A stretch of DNA of 64,000 nucleotides from Podarcis bocagei. Its lineage: Eukaryota. A program made the position numbers and the translations under genes. Below, piece after piece: positions 13,392-26,863 of this stretch (position 1 is its first letter; the number at the start of each line of letters is the position of its first letter). Location of the stretch: NCBI GenBank assembly GCA_964188305.1, contig OZ076885.1. One strand, 5' to 3'. Below the pieces are notes generated by a model. That model made no database searches and was not told the DNA's origin. It saw nothing but the letters and a program-made list of their open reading frames with translations.

Positions 13392-14959
13392 AACCTTTTC
13401 CCAAAATGGCAGATGTTTTTGCGCTGTGCCCACTGAATAAGGAGCTGCTACTGACACACAGAAGCTCTGTACCTGACATGCAGAGGTTGTTTCTTCCTTG
13501 GTTGGTAATCACTGTCCAAAATGTGTAAATCAGAGGGCCAGTCACTCCAGAGGTGAATGGGTGATAGAACCAGAAAACAGAATAGCCTGTACTGTGCAGG
13601 TGAAGGCGAAATTGCACTATTTTGAATGAAGAAGCAGTTCCTGGTTAGTTCATTTGGTAGTTCCTTTTCCAAGAAGAAAGGCCGACTCTCAAAAGGACCA
13701 GTCATGCATTGTCTTTCTGCTGGGTGATACTGAAAGAATGACCACCAGATTTACCTAGATGAAGAATGGAAAACCTGTGGGCATCCTGATGTTGCTGGAC
13801 CACACCTCCCAACAACACTGACCGTTGCCCATGCTGGCTTGGGCTGAGGGGTGTTGAAATCCAACAATATTGGGATTTCCATCCCATCATTATGCATATA
13901 CATGAATTAATTTCTGGTTCCTAAGAGCTGGGCCTTACTTTGCATGTTAATCCCACAATACAGACCCCATTCTTTCCACCAGAGGACATAAGAGATGGGA
14001 TTAGAGATTCTACCTCTTGGTTTTCCTTGTTTGTGGTGTTAATGATGAGCATGTTCCAGGGATTTATGTACATTCACACAGCCGGCACCAGTTCCACAAA
14101 TCCTGATTAACTGCAGCTACCATGTGAATAACACAATATGAGAACTAACCTTCCATGGTACGAGAGAGAAACTGACATCTATTGTTAAGTTTAATGAACA
14201 GTTTTATGAATCAAAGGGATGGAATAACTTTCAAAACAACAAAATAACTGTTAAACATGTCACACGGTGAGGCTACAGCAATCCAACAAGATCTATGATG
14301 TTATATAATGTCTGAAATCATCATAACATTGACTCATCAGCTGTATAAAGGATGCTAGATTCTTACACCTTAAAACAGGCTAGAGCAAGCATTGTGAAAT
14401 CTGCCATCGGAGAGCGTCAATGGTAAGAAAAATCCCACCTTACCTTGTGCAGGGCAGAATATTTGCGTAACGCAGGGGAGCAAGAGGCGTATGTTCTATG
14501 TCGGCAGCATATAGCATGCTCCCTTCCCCATTGATTTGTAGGAATTTTGTGACCACAAGGGGCTAAAGTGTATGGGCTGCATTAACATTATATTATGCAG
14601 ACCAAGAATGTTTTAACATTCATATCAATATTGGGGAAAAGATAGCATTTAGGTGATCTGCTAGGGCATTAAAAATGGTTGCAGAGATATAAATGTGACA
14701 CAATATAAAAGCACAGAACACAATAATTTGCAGGGGGACAAAAGAATGGTTTTATGAATTTGTCACACACAAAATGAATAATAGAAATGTTAAAACAACA
14801 AAGCTCTATAGACTCATTTTTTCTTTGAAAAAACCTCTCCGTATATTTTTTTTTTGCAAGAATTCTGATTTCACTTTGAAATGAGACTCCACACCCCCCG
14901 CTCTGCACCGACATATAACACTTGGTATAGAGAATGGAAGCTCTCTGAAGCACAACCCC

Positions 14960-14960
14960 T

Positions 14961-15028
<68 letters not shown>

Positions 15029-15029
15029 T
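14960..15029. repeat. (TTTC)n microsatellite
   Basis: Directly visible. Confidence 0.98.
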
Positions 15030-16689
15030 GCAAGAATACAGAGACTGGAGTTGATCCAAGCTAGAGGGGGGCAACTTGGAGAGCCCCACCCCTCCATTGT
15101 CAGCTATTTTTCAGCAGCTGCTCAAAAAAGAGTGGATATCTTCTTTAGGGAGGATGAAAAGTTTTTATCTCAAAAAACACACATCGCCGCTCTACTCAAG
15201 ACAGCTAAGCTGCTCTTCCTTTCATCCCTTTCCATGCTGAGTTTCCATCTTGACTCCATCCCACCTCTGTGTGTTCATTGTGGAGATCCATTTCTTTAGA
15301 AATCATTTCAGTGCTTTCCTTTGTAACTATGTTGGTTTCTGCGTAGTACCCACCTTATTATGAAGGGCATAAAAATGTCCATTGGCTGTGTGTGTGTTGG
15401 GGAGGCACAAATAATGAGGTGAATTTGGGTGATTTGGAGGTCTTCCCCCCCCCCCAAGTCAATGTGCGATGTCACCAATCCCCTCCCAGGTCAGATCAGG
15501 GCTTCTGCAAAGCCTTGTGTGACTTTTTAGTTTCTGTAGCTCTATGCTTTCCTTTCTCTCCACAATTCTCTAGACTTTGTAAGAAGTGAGGTTGTCCAAA
15601 ATGTTGCCCGTGGAGCACTGATGAGCTCTGAACTGCTCCTCTGTTCAAACACAACAATGGAACGTTTTTATTAAAAGTTAAAAGCTACGTTTAAGTTCCT
15701 AAGTACTCATGCATTGCTCTGCTTTAACAAAAACACAAAACCAGAACAACGCCTACTGGAGGACAGAAAAGAACACCAGAAAGAGAAGACTGATGTGAAT
15801 CTGGAAAAGTTTTTTTTTAAAAAAATGTACAAGCAATAATACTCACCCCCTCAACCACATCAGTATAGGCAAGAAAGAGCCAGAGTCAAACCCCTGCTTC
15901 CCCTCATAAGAGATTACAGAGGAATCCCATTTAATTTCCCCCATCCCCTGAACCTATTTGTTTGTGATATGTCAGGCTTAATCCACACTTGGATGGGCTT
16001 CTTTGACTGTAAATTCACTCACTTTGGCCCAGTCTCCATCACAGTGAGTGGGGAATACAGAGCTTAATTTAACTAGAGTGGTTCAAGCCTTGAATTCAGG
16101 CCAAAGTTGAAGAAGTATAGAGTGACTCAGGATCTGAATTTTCAGGAATGCACAGAGACCTGCAATAATTGAGAAAGGCAATAATGAAATACTCAGATCT
16201 GCTTCAGTTCCCACCCACTTTTCATTCATTTCTTCTTCTTCAGGTTTTTAAGCTCACCACTTTCACGGCAGTCTACTAGACTCTACTTTCCATCTAATCA
16301 GTTTTTGCCTTTACTTCCTAAGATCTGTTATTGTCTTTATGCCACACTTCTCGTTAGCTTAACTGTAACTGACTCAAAATGGAGCGATTGTTTCCTGCTT
16401 CCGGCTTTTCTCTCTTGCTCCCCCTTTTCTCTGACCCTCACCACCTTCAGATATCCATGCCTCTCCCCATGCACCTTAGCATCTGAAAATGTGCCTCTTC
16501 TTCTGAACTGTTGACCTCTAAGTTCTTTCTCCACTTTTGTGTATCTTCCCCTTCCCCCGCAGTCTTCTTTTTTCAGAGCTTTTCAGCTCCTGTTAAAATA
16601 AGCACCATGCACTACCTCGTTTTAGACAACATTGTGAAAGAATGGCTGCGCTATTTCTCAAATGATTCTGTTAAAGGGATGGGTTTTCA

Positions 16690-16986
16690 AGTTTTAGCTA
16701 AATGCCATAATTGGACAAGTGTAACACACTTTGTGCCACTGAGATTGATCCGGAAGCTGCAGCTGGTGTAGAACGCTGCAGTTGCATTGTTGAAAAAAGT
16801 ACCTGCATGGGCACATATTACCTGTCCTGAGGGAACTGTATAAGCTGCTGATTGGATCATGTTCAAAGCCTTTGTTTTGCTCTTGCTCTTATTATGTATT
16901 TTGTGTTTTTCTCTTGTGGTTTTTTTATACTGTGAACTGCCCTGAAATCTACAGAGGAAGGGCTGTATACAAATTTATTTATTTAT

Positions 16987-17030
<44 letters not shown>

Positions 17031-17520
17031 CATCCACTCCCTGGAAAAGACCCTGATGTTGGGAAAGATTGAGGGCACAAGGAGAAGGGGACGACAGAGG
17101 ACGAGATGGTTGGACAGTGTTCTCGAAGCTACCAGCATGAGTTTGACCAAACTGCGGGAGGCAGTGGAAGACAGGAGTGCCTGGCGTGCTCTGGTCCATG
17201 GGGTCACGAAGAGTCGGACACGACTAAATGACTAAACAACAACAACAATAATAAGCCCTGAACAATTTGAGGATCAAGTTACCTGAAGAACCATCTCCTT
17301 GTATGCAAACCTGTTTGACCACTTAAGACTTAATTCATCAGGTGAAACACCCTTAGTAGTAGCATCATGCCTTAGAGATGGTTGTAGGGCAATGGCATCC
17401 TGGGGTGCATTTCCCATGGTCCCTCCATAGTCTGGAATATCTTCCCTCTGTAATTCAGGAGGCACCATCAGTTAATCTATTTTAGGTGCCTCCAGAAAGC
17501 ATATATTTTTGCCCAGGCAA
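16690..17520 (+). mobile_element. Degraded L2 fragment interrupted by a second L2 tail, (AAT)n and Bov-B
   Basis: PLRLIRKLQLV*NAA before the insertions and a KALNNL...YLKNHL-like continuation after them. Confidence 0.65.
17036..17248 (+). mobile_element. Bov-B LINE 3' fragment
   Basis: Encodes LEKTLMLGKIEGTRRRGRQRTRWLDSV, then the Bov-B 3' UTR and (CAA)n. Confidence 0.92.
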
Positions 17521-19579
17521 AAGTAAGGTTGGATTTTGAAAATGCTTTGGGGGTGAATTCAGCATAGTGCTGTGGCAATTATTCTACCAGTGCAAACTTT
17601 CCAGCTTGGCAGATGGAACGATTCCCCTACTCTCCTCCCCACCATGGTTTTTCTCAACCACCAGAGCCATTTGGAGGGGGGGGGAGCCCTGTTCTGCTAG
17701 TAGAAATCCTTGCCCAAGCTTCTGCCAGTGACACTTGCTCTATGAATCCTGCTCTGTGTCTTTGTACTTATGCCACTGTAGTTTGCTTTTTATGTTTTTG
17801 TTATGTGTTCAGTAATTTTATACTGTGTTCTTTTGTTTTGGTTTTTTAATTGCATATTATATATGTATAACTTGCCCTAAAAAAAAAGCTAAATGGTCTA
17901 AACAAATCTCCGGATAAATAAATAGATAAATATAAATGCCAACTATATTTCAAAATGGGTGTTAAAATGGATTCCTGTTAAAATCTTAATAAGCATTGTT
18001 GGAAACTTCAATTATTATGTTATCTAAACTAAATACCGGTCAAAGCTGTTTAATCAGACGAGGCATAAAAGCAAAGGAGAGAATGTCTGTACAACAGACT
18101 GGAGTGTATATTGACAGATCCAAGCTGAATATTTGTGTGTTGCTCAAATCAATCCAGTTCATGAACCAATTAAATCAGAATAACTTGATCCAAATGATTT
18201 ATTCTAAATAAATCATTTGCTATATTGCAATGTTATTTATTCATACTAGCATTTTCAGTCATTGGAAATAGATGCTTTTTAAATCATTTTTTTTCATATC
18301 ACATATGGATAGCTATACTTGATGTGTGAAGATGCTTGGGATGTGGAACTATGTTGTTTATATAACTACGTAAATCAAGGGTTATGGAGAAGGAGAAAGA
18401 AATAGAGCGCAGATTTATTTTCTGGCTGTGTATGTTTTTGTTCTGTTGATAACTTCTGCAGACAAAGGAAGCAAAAAATGATGTGAATGTCTTTGATCCC
18501 CTGAAGTTCTGTGGGGTATTTCTAACCCCCTTCCTGCCACACCTATCTCTTCCCCAAACAGCTAATCATTCTGTGTTTTAACTCCTATGCAGGTAATCTT
18601 GTTTTGGCTCAGGGAGGAAATTGGATTTTGAGTCTGTAAGTGGAAGTTCAAATGAATGATGAATGAAGATACACACAAAAATACAGATTTAGGGAAGATA
18701 TTGATGAATTAAAGAGGGTACTTTGGAAAAATACAGATTTCTTAGCTGATTACATCAAATTGCACGAGTAACTGGCTTGGTTAGTATTACATTCTGATCA
18801 TACAAAAGCATACTTCTCAAAGATATTTTGGTTCTAATTCCTTGTTTTCTACTATTGGAAAACAAAGATTCTCGGGGATAGTTTAATGAATAATTATGAG
18901 TACTGGTGAATCACTGTACAGAGAGCCGTCAGCTTTCATTGAGCAGGACTGGCATATGAGGAGGATGACTTGGCATTTTGGAGAGCAGAGTTAGTTAGCT
19001 AGTTGTCCCCAAGTGCTCTGGCCTAGACTCTTCAAATCTACATCTTTCGTTAATAAATGACATTGCTTGAATAGTGGCCAAAGGATCAACCGGAAGCCAG
19101 CCTTATGAAACAGACAACTTTGGTAAGCAACATTTTAAACTAAAAGAATTAAGGGTGGTATGCAACTCAGTTTTACTTAGAACTGTGCCATTGAATGAAC
19201 ATGACTAAAATAGATTAATTAATTTCAGTGTGCCTACTCTGAGTAAAACTGAGTTCAATACCACCTTAAGGAATTGGCTTCTTTAATTTTTAGAGTAAGA
19301 CGAAGGCCTGAGCTCAGTGGTTGACATCTTTCGGCCCTGGACAGCTTACATCTGCAGTTCCTCCTGTCTTCCCACCTATTTATTGGTTGGGGGCAAGAGG
19401 GGTTTTAAAGGCCAAGCTGGCTGGTTGAAGGAAAATATATAAGGAAGAGTTGGGATAAAGCCCATAGTTTTAGCTTTTGCAGCCTGATGTTGTACACAAT
19501 ATACAAGCAAGTATGTGCTCAACCATTCATTCGCTTGACTTTTGCCCTTCATGGCTGAGTACAGCTAACTGGGAGGACA

Positions 19580-20060
19580 GGGTGTGGTGGATGTGGGTTT
19601 GCAAGAGGAGATGGTATCTGCCACCTTGAAGGAGTTGTTGGTGAGGCCACTCCTGGGGGTGGGTGGAACCTTTGTGGACTTATGGGTATTTGACAAATAC
19701 CTGAGAGGGTTGTGGCAGTGTAGTGCAGTCATTCTTGGAGGAATTATTTCTCCAGACCCATTCTAATCTGGGTTCACGACCAAATCAGCTTTGGTCGCAC
19801 CAATAGAAGACATTTATTGGGACAGAGGGAGTATGACCCTGCTGCTTCTCTCATCAGCTTTTGATACCATCAGTCATGGTGCCTTCCTGGACTAGAACAC
19901 TTACACTGGAGACACTGATCTGCAGAAGTTTCAGTATTATCTCCAGGGATAATTCTAGAAGATAGCATTGGATTAGTGTTTCTCAGCTCCAGGACAATTT
20001 AGCTACGGGGTGCATCACAGCTCTATGAAGCCATTGGGAGTGGTCATTAGGAGATTTCTC
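19580..20060 (+). mobile_element. Degraded L2/CR1-group reverse transcriptase fragment
   Basis: Motif remnants DPF*SGF and SAFDTISH, and a VRPLL context. Confidence 0.7.
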
Positions 20061-21163
20061 TGTAGCATCTAAATCAGGAGTGGCTTTGCAGGCCCTGGAT
20101 TAAACCATCAGGTTAATTAAAATGTCTTCCAGTGAAGTTGCACCAAGCTAATGTGACATAAGCTCACAAGCCGGAACCCTTTGCGAAAAACTGTAGCTAT
20201 ATGGTATTCTTTCTGCAAGAATAAATTATATCCCACTAATTCGTAGTATCTTCTGCTTGGAATTCAGGAAGACTCTTGTTTGAAATGCCATGAACAGAGG
20301 AGGCTTGCATTAGTCAAATGCATGGAGGATAAGGCTATGCACGGTAGGAGTCATGGTGGCCGTTTACCAGTTGTGATCATGACAAAAGAGTGCAAATTAG
20401 CAGGCTCTTCTTATGTTCTTGAGGCTTGAGATCAGCTTCCACTACCTAGCTTAAGAAGGCAGGCTGCTGTTGGACTAACTCAGTAAGGCAGTTCTTATTT
20501 TTCAAACCTAGGAGCCATTTTTGTTCTCTGTGTGCTACTCAGCAAATAATACCCAGGGCCCCCTTTGTGATGTGGGAACAATGGTACCTGCCTCACTAGA
20601 TCTCTTCTGTGGACTTTCAAGAGCTCCCAGATCTTCATTTGGAGGTGCTGCGGCAGGGCAATGTATTAATAACAGCAGCTGCAGTTCAGTGACTCATGCC
20701 TAGGCTAGGGAAGAATGAAAGGCTGGCAGTTGGGAAAGGCATTTATTACTTCAAAATGTGCCTTCATACCTTGCCGTTAAATCTTCATGGTGTTAAAAGA
20801 AAGAAAGAAAAGAAAACCAGAAAGGATTCAAAGTAAAGATTCAATCCCTGCTCATCCAGATTGGCTACTGCTTGTGATACCCGGAATTTGAAGGTCCAAG
20901 CTGATGCCTAGCAGAGTGTTTCAGAGCTGCTTCCTTCTGTCAACAAGTATTGTAGATCCAAATGCACAACAGTGGCTGTGCTTCCTCAGGCTGAGGCTGG
21001 GATTGCTTCTTTATTCCTTTCCCCTGTTGAAGGGGCTGAGATCAGGATGCAAGATATTCTTTTTTCTTTTTCTTTTTTGAAGTTCTGGGTTTTAAAAATG
21101 CAACCTGTCATCTTCCTGCAGGTCTTTTAACATGGTAACCGTGATTTCATATTGATATTGTAT

Positions 21164-21335
21164 TGGGCAGTGGCTCAGTGGTAGAGCACCTGCTTTGCAT
21201 GCAGGAAGGTTCCAGGTTCAATCCCTGGCATTTCTATGGAGGGCTGGCAGCCCAGAAAGTCACTGCCAGCCAGCGCAGACAGTGCTGAGCTAGATGGAGC
21301 AATGGTCTGATTCAATACAAAGCAGCCTTCTATAA
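21164..21335 (+). mobile_element. Squam3-type tRNA-derived SINE
   Basis: A box GGCTCAGTGGTAGAGC and B box GGTTCAATCCC, followed by a non-tRNA body ending GCAGCCTTCTA. Confidence 0.85.
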
Positions 21336-21915
21336 TTCCCATACTCATTGTAAACTCCCTAGAGACCACTTGGGTTAAGGGTACAGTATGTAAAATAAAA
21401 GTCTACTTACATTTTCTTCCAACAACATCCATACAAAAGAAGAGGCTGACTCTCCTAAAGGTACCCAGAGAGCTTGATGACTGATGAAGGATTTGAACTC
21501 ACGTCATCCATTTCTTAACCAGAATATATTAGCTCATGTGCCACAACGGCTTCCATTCTCACATCATCTTATACCAGGTCCAGGTGAGAAGACTGTGAAA
21601 ATTTGTTGCTGCTTCAGACCTGGAAGCCATCAGAGCACCATTCATGATGGAGCTGCTGCAATAATGCCTTCATGGGATTCACCTAGAACAGGACTAGTTA
21701 ATGGGACACCCTCCAGATGTTGTTAGATTACAATTACTATTACCTCTGACCATTGACCATGCTAACTGGGGCTCAACACCATCTGGAGGTTAGCCACCCT
21801 GATATAGAAGACTTTTTAGAAGTTCCAGCTGTATTTGTGGTTCATATATCATCTAAACCATAATCTCATTAGGTAGCCTTCACCTCTCTCTAGGCTGCTT
21901 CATTACTGCTTCATT

Positions 21916-22172
21916 GAGAGCCAGTAAGGTGTAGTGGTTAAGAGCGGTAGTCTCGTAATCTGGGGAACCGGGTTCGCATCTCCACTCCTCCACATGCAGC
22001 TGCTGGGTGACCTTGGGCCAGTCACACTTCTTTGAAGTCTCTCAGCCCCACTCACCTCACAGAGTGTTTGTTGTGGGGGAGGAAGGGAAAGGAGAATGTT
22101 AGCCGCTTTGAGACTCCTTAAAGGGAGTGAAAGGCGGGATATCAAATCCAAACTCTTCTTCTCTTCTTCTTC
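21916..22172 (+). mobile_element. Squam2-type tRNA-derived SINE
   Basis: GTGTAGTGGTTAAGAGC ... GGTTCG head, CORE-like middle and (CTT)n tail. Three near-identical copies in the window. Confidence 0.9.
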
Positions 22173-22312
22173 ATTAGGGAAGCTAGTTTATTCTCTGCAA
22201 ATGATCCCATCTGCAATATGTAGATAGTAAAAACAAAAAACAAAAACTGGCCTTCTTTACAAGGTTCTAATGATGTTATGCAATGTTCTCTAGGATGCAA
22301 TAGAATAATGAT

Positions 22313-22568
22313 CAGTGGCGTAGCGTGGGTTGTCAGCACCCGGGGCAAGGCAAGTAATTTGCGCCCCCTAACCTGCATGCCTGGCACACACCCCCCTCCA
22401 CAGTGGGCGGCGACACGGCGGCTCGGATCGGATTCGCACAGCCAGCACTGCAGTGAGCGAGAGTGAGTGAGTCAGGTAGAGGCAGAGAGCTGTGGGTGCG
22501 AGCACACCCCCCCCGATGTTGTGCCCGCTGCGGCCGGCCCCCCCTGCATCCCCCACGCTACACCACTG
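22313..22568. mobile_element. hAT MITE with GC-rich internal insert
   Basis: TIR CAGTGGCGTAGCGTGGG / CCCACGCTACACCACTG. TSD ATAATGAT (22305-22312, 22569-22576). Confidence 0.9.
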
Positions 22569-23930
22569 ATAATGATACTTATAGTATAAAGAATATTTAC
22601 AAATTTAAGCAGACAACCCCATCACTGGTTCTATTGATCCTCTGTAATTTATAGGAAATGCTTTTGAAGTGCATATTTGACTCATGGGCTTATGCCCATT
22701 TTGGTCTCCACAACCATCCTCACAGCATCGTTAATTTAGACATCACATGAATAGAACTGAATGTTGATACAGGATAATGGTCTCCTGCTGCTGCTACACG
22801 AAGCCAAGACATTTGCTTTTGACGCAGAAGACATAAGGCCTTGTGACAATGTCCTTTTACATCTATGTCATCAATTTCGGTTTTTTATTTTGAGAAACAG
22901 AGCGACAGCTGTTCAGAGAGTTTCTTGAAATGTCTCATTTTCACTTCCTGATAACTGGTATGACTGTATTTAAGGACCCAACAGCACTTCCCCTCTAAGA
23001 GAGAACATAAAAGTTCACAGCCCCAGGGCAATTTCCAGGTAGACGCTTCCGACTGCCGCTATTGGCTAGGGACAGAGAAGATTTCAAAGTTAGGAACTTG
23101 CCTTTCCCTGCCAAGTCCCCCTTTATAAAGCTATTCAGAATTTTAGCTGAGGCAATGCCAAGCCAAGCCCCCCCCCCCAAATGGGAACAATTTAAATCAG
23201 GCCTTTAATATTATCAGTAGCAGATGTGTGCAGAGAAATTATGGAAAGCGAGGCCAGCCCCCCCCCCCCCAAATCAAGGGTCTCAGAAATTCCTATAAGA
23301 GTGCAAAACCTTGTATATTTCTGGAATCAATAATTCCTCCAGCAGCAGCTTAGGAAAAGTGCAAACTGACCCCGTTATCCAGTCTATGAGCTAAGTGTGT
23401 ACCAGACTGAAGCCTGAAAGGAAGCTGCTAATAGCCATCGCAGAGGTAGGAAGAGGTACCAGATAATATTAGGTTATCCTCTAGAGAATACTGATAACAA
23501 GAAGGTTAGCTTCGCAGGACAGAAGGAGCAACAAAATAGAGACTTGGAAACAACTGATGATATCGCTAAAAGCATTGTTCACATTAAAACAAGAAAGAGG
23601 CGAAATGTCTAAATCAGGGAGAAGAAACCACTTTAGGACTGGAGAAAAGAAGGATAGGCTCAGAGAAATGATCATGGTTCAGAGGCTGCTATGATTGTGC
23701 AAGTAGGACGGGGCCACAGCATGGCGTGCTCCTGCTCAGACTTCCAACCAGTCATGCCCTTTCCCAGGTTCCCTCTGGTTTTCTGATTCTTCCTCCAAAC
23801 TTCCATGCCCACTTGTTCATGAGACTGTGCATAGATCCTTCAGTGATATATCCAGGGACAATATGACACAAAGTGAAATATACGAAGTTAAACTATAGAA
23901 GTTCTGTTGCTTTATGATTCCTGGGAGGAT

Positions 23931-23994
23931 TTTGTTTAGTTGTTTAGTCGTGTCCAACTCTTTGTGACCCCATGGACCAGAGCACGCCAGGCAC
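23931..23994 (-). mobile_element. Bov-B extreme 3' fragment with TSD
   Basis: Reverse of the Bov-B tail. Flanking repeat TCCTGGGAGGAT. Confidence 0.88.
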
Positions 23995-25105
23995 TCCTGG
24001 GAGGATATACAACACTTTTAAAAATAATGCCTAAGATTTATTCAGATGTCACGTTTTGACTCCCCCCCCCCTTAAATGTATTTATGGGTGATAGACAAGT
24101 AATTTTTACTCAGAGTAGACCCATTGAAATTAATGACCCTGACTAACCCAGGCCAGTTAATTTCAGTGTGTCTGTATTCTGAGCAAATGTTAGTTTGAAT
24201 ATGTTTTTAGTCTGGCACCCCAGCACTGGATTGCTTTAAATCCCAAACCATTCATTTGAGCAATCGCAAGATGGTCAAACCTCTAAGATACTCTTGGATT
24301 GCAATCTATGCTTGTGGATCTTGGCACCCATCGTAGGTGCTTGTGTTCAGATCTATTACTAGAGTAATAAAAATCAAAGAGCAATAAATACGATCAAAGA
24401 GGTTGGTGGTGATAAGGTTCTGAGATGTCTAAAATTAAGTTGAGGCAGAAATAGTTCCAGGAGGTATCAGGGTGATTTGGGAGATCTGGTGATGGATTGA
24501 ACGTCATTTGCAATAGCTCTCTAGCTACTTTGCCAGCATAGAAAAAAGGTTTTTAAAATTCCAGCAGCTGAAAGCCTGCCATCAGTCAGTCAGTAGAACA
24601 CTGCCACCCACCCACTTGGCTGGTATTGGAGTAGAAATGATGAGCATAAGTCACAATCGGTTTGTTTGTGCAAAAATTGTGGAGTTGAAGTGCCAGCCAA
24701 TGCCTGACTTGCTGTGTGTACTTGTAGCAGTATTTACAAGAACATCTGTGTACACTCTGGCTTCAACATGCTCAATTAAAATTGAACTGAAATATACTGC
24801 AACACTCATTCTCCCATTAGGCAGGTTGAACGGAGAAGGGCTTGGGGATTGTATAGTGAATAGTGGATTATTGCTGATCTGTATTTGTGTCAAGGTAATA
24901 ATGATGCCTCATTCCTAAATGCATTTGAGTTTATTCCATTTCAGTTTGCAGGGCACTGATAATTGCCAGGACTGGGTATTGAGTGCTGACTCTGGATGAC
25001 CATGAAACATGTCAGTGAGCGAATGGCACCTGCAACAGAATGTTGCAGTATATCTGATCTCCTAGGATTCCAGTTAACCAGCCATACCTTCCTCCTTTCC
25101 ATACA

Positions 25106-25345
25106 CAGTGTACCACTTAATCCATTCTAGGAGTCTGTTTGACTCCCAAAACTGTTTGAAAACCAAGGCTTGGCTTCTGATTGGCTGCAGGAGCTTCCTG
25201 CACTCAAGCAGAAGCCATGGAAGCCGCATCAGACGTTTGGCTTCTGAAAAACGTTCGGAAACCGGAACACTCACTTCCAGGTTTGCGGCGTTCGGAAGCC
25301 GATTTCTTCAGGAGCCAAGCCGTTCTGAGTACCAAGGTACCACTG
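25106..25345. mobile_element. Tc1/pogo-type MITE
   Basis: Ends ...GGTACCACTG|TA. Internal similarity to 36397-36646. Confidence 0.75.
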
Positions 25346-25401
25346 TAGCAGCTTTATAATTCTTCTCAAAATGATTCTCAGCATTCCATTCCAACATTGA
25401 A

Positions 25402-25639
25402 NNNNNNNNNNNNNNNNNNNNNNNNNNNNNNNNNNNNNNNNNNNNNNNNNNNNNNNNNNNNNNNNNNNNNNNNNNNNNNNNNNNNNNNNNNNNNNNNNNN
25501 NNNNNNNNNNNNNNNNNNNNNNNNNNNNNNNNNNNNNNNNNNNNNNNNNNNNNNNNNNNNNNNNNNNNNNNNNNNNNNNNNNNNNNNNNNNNNNNNNNNN
25601 NNNNNNNNNNNNNNNNNNNNNNNNNNNNNNNNNNNNNNN
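25402..25639. other. Assembly gap (N run)
   Basis: Run of N. Confidence 1.
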
Positions 25640-25690
25640 CTTTCATTTTTAAAGAAAGGGTGGGTGTTTACTGTGAGTGAGAGTGTTGTT

Positions 25691-26251
25691 GGCCTGGTTC
25701 ACACATCGCACGAAACCAAACCATGGCTTAGTGCAAACATGCAAGTGTTGGGGCTCCTAGACAGGAGATCTCAGCCGCTTTGCTCCCCCCTAGTCATTCT
25801 GCAGCTGCACCGTCCTGGGCTAAGCTATGGTTTGGGTTAGTCGGTCATTCTGCTGCTGCACTGCACTGAGCTAAGCCATGGTCTGTCTTAGCACGTCATC
25901 TTATTTATTTATTTAATTACATTTGTATGCTGCCCTTCATATGTAGATATGAGGGCAGTTCACAACACAATCATCTGAACCTGGATTTATGGTTTAACAC
26001 TCCTGGACAAACCATGAGCTGTAAGCCATGTAGGATAAACCCTGGTGACAGTTCATGGTTAGCCTTCAGAGAGTGAAACCATGAACTTGGTTTCAAACAG
26101 CATGCTAAGAAAAACCATGGTCTAGCACAGCACAACTGCAGAATGACCAGGGAGAGGAGCAAAGCAGCCACAGTTTTCTCTCTCGGAACCTACACACTCG
26201 TATATTTGTGCTAAGTCATGGTTTGGCTTAATGCGATGTGCAAAGCAGGCC
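25691..26251. mobile_element. Long palindromic non-autonomous DNA transposon (possibly PIF/Harbinger-like)
   Basis: Imperfect inverted arms of ~140 bp, GGCCTGGTTCACACATCGCA... / ...TGCGATGTGCAAAGCAGGCC, with repeated AAACCATGG motifs. Small L2 tail inserted at ~25900-25970. Confidence 0.7.
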
Positions 26252-26714
26252 GCTTTGGCGTTAAAGATTCTGAGTCTCATTCACAGAACAGTGAAGTCTC
26301 TAATCCCAGTGTAGACAGAGCCTCTGGGACTGTGTATACTTCTTTATCAGGGTCAGGGCACTCAAAACATGACTACAGTTTGCTGGCATTGGGGAAATCT
26401 ATAGCGGCAAGTACACATGGTCCATGCATGCACCCAGTATTTCCCTTTGTGAACAAGATGCCTCCCAAGGCTGCAGACACCTTTCTTTGAATTTCCAAAA
26501 GTTCAAAAAGCTGTGTAGCAATAAACTAGTACTGTTCAGTAAGGAAAAAATTATAATCTACTGGCATACTGATTCTTCTTTCAAAAGCCCTCATGTTAAT
26601 TTGATTTTTGGAGCTCAAGGGAATTGAAGGAACAATTTTTTTGGGGTGGGGGGTTTGAGCTCAAGGGAATTGAAGGAACAGCGAGGAGGCAAAGTGACCT
26701 GTTATGAAGTTAGC

Positions 26715-26863
26715 CAGTGCTTTTTTTCTGGGGGGGACGCAGGGTTCGCATACCCCTAAACATTTTGTGAGTCTAAGTTTGGCCTCATTGAGGGGCAGTA
26801 TTTCAATATGAGTAGGAAAATGAGAGTCCCCCTAAACATTTTTTTTAAAGAAAAAAAGCACTG
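26715..26863. mobile_element. hAT MITE
   Basis: TIR CAGTGCTTTTTTT / AAAAAAAGCACTG. Perfect TSD AAGTTAGC. Confidence 0.92.

Noticed and set aside
14669-15097. Lys/Arg/Glu-rich, poly-N/I/Y and X-containing ORFs
   Set aside because: These are translations of microsatellites or assembly gaps.
21164-21235. tRNA gene
   Set aside because: The tRNA-like head continues into a SINE body, and there is no proper acceptor stem or terminator.
23484-23611. Short frame ENTDNKKVSFAG... with an RVxF-like motif after an AG
   Set aside because: Only ~42 codons, a weak acceptor and no recognisable homolog or partner exon.
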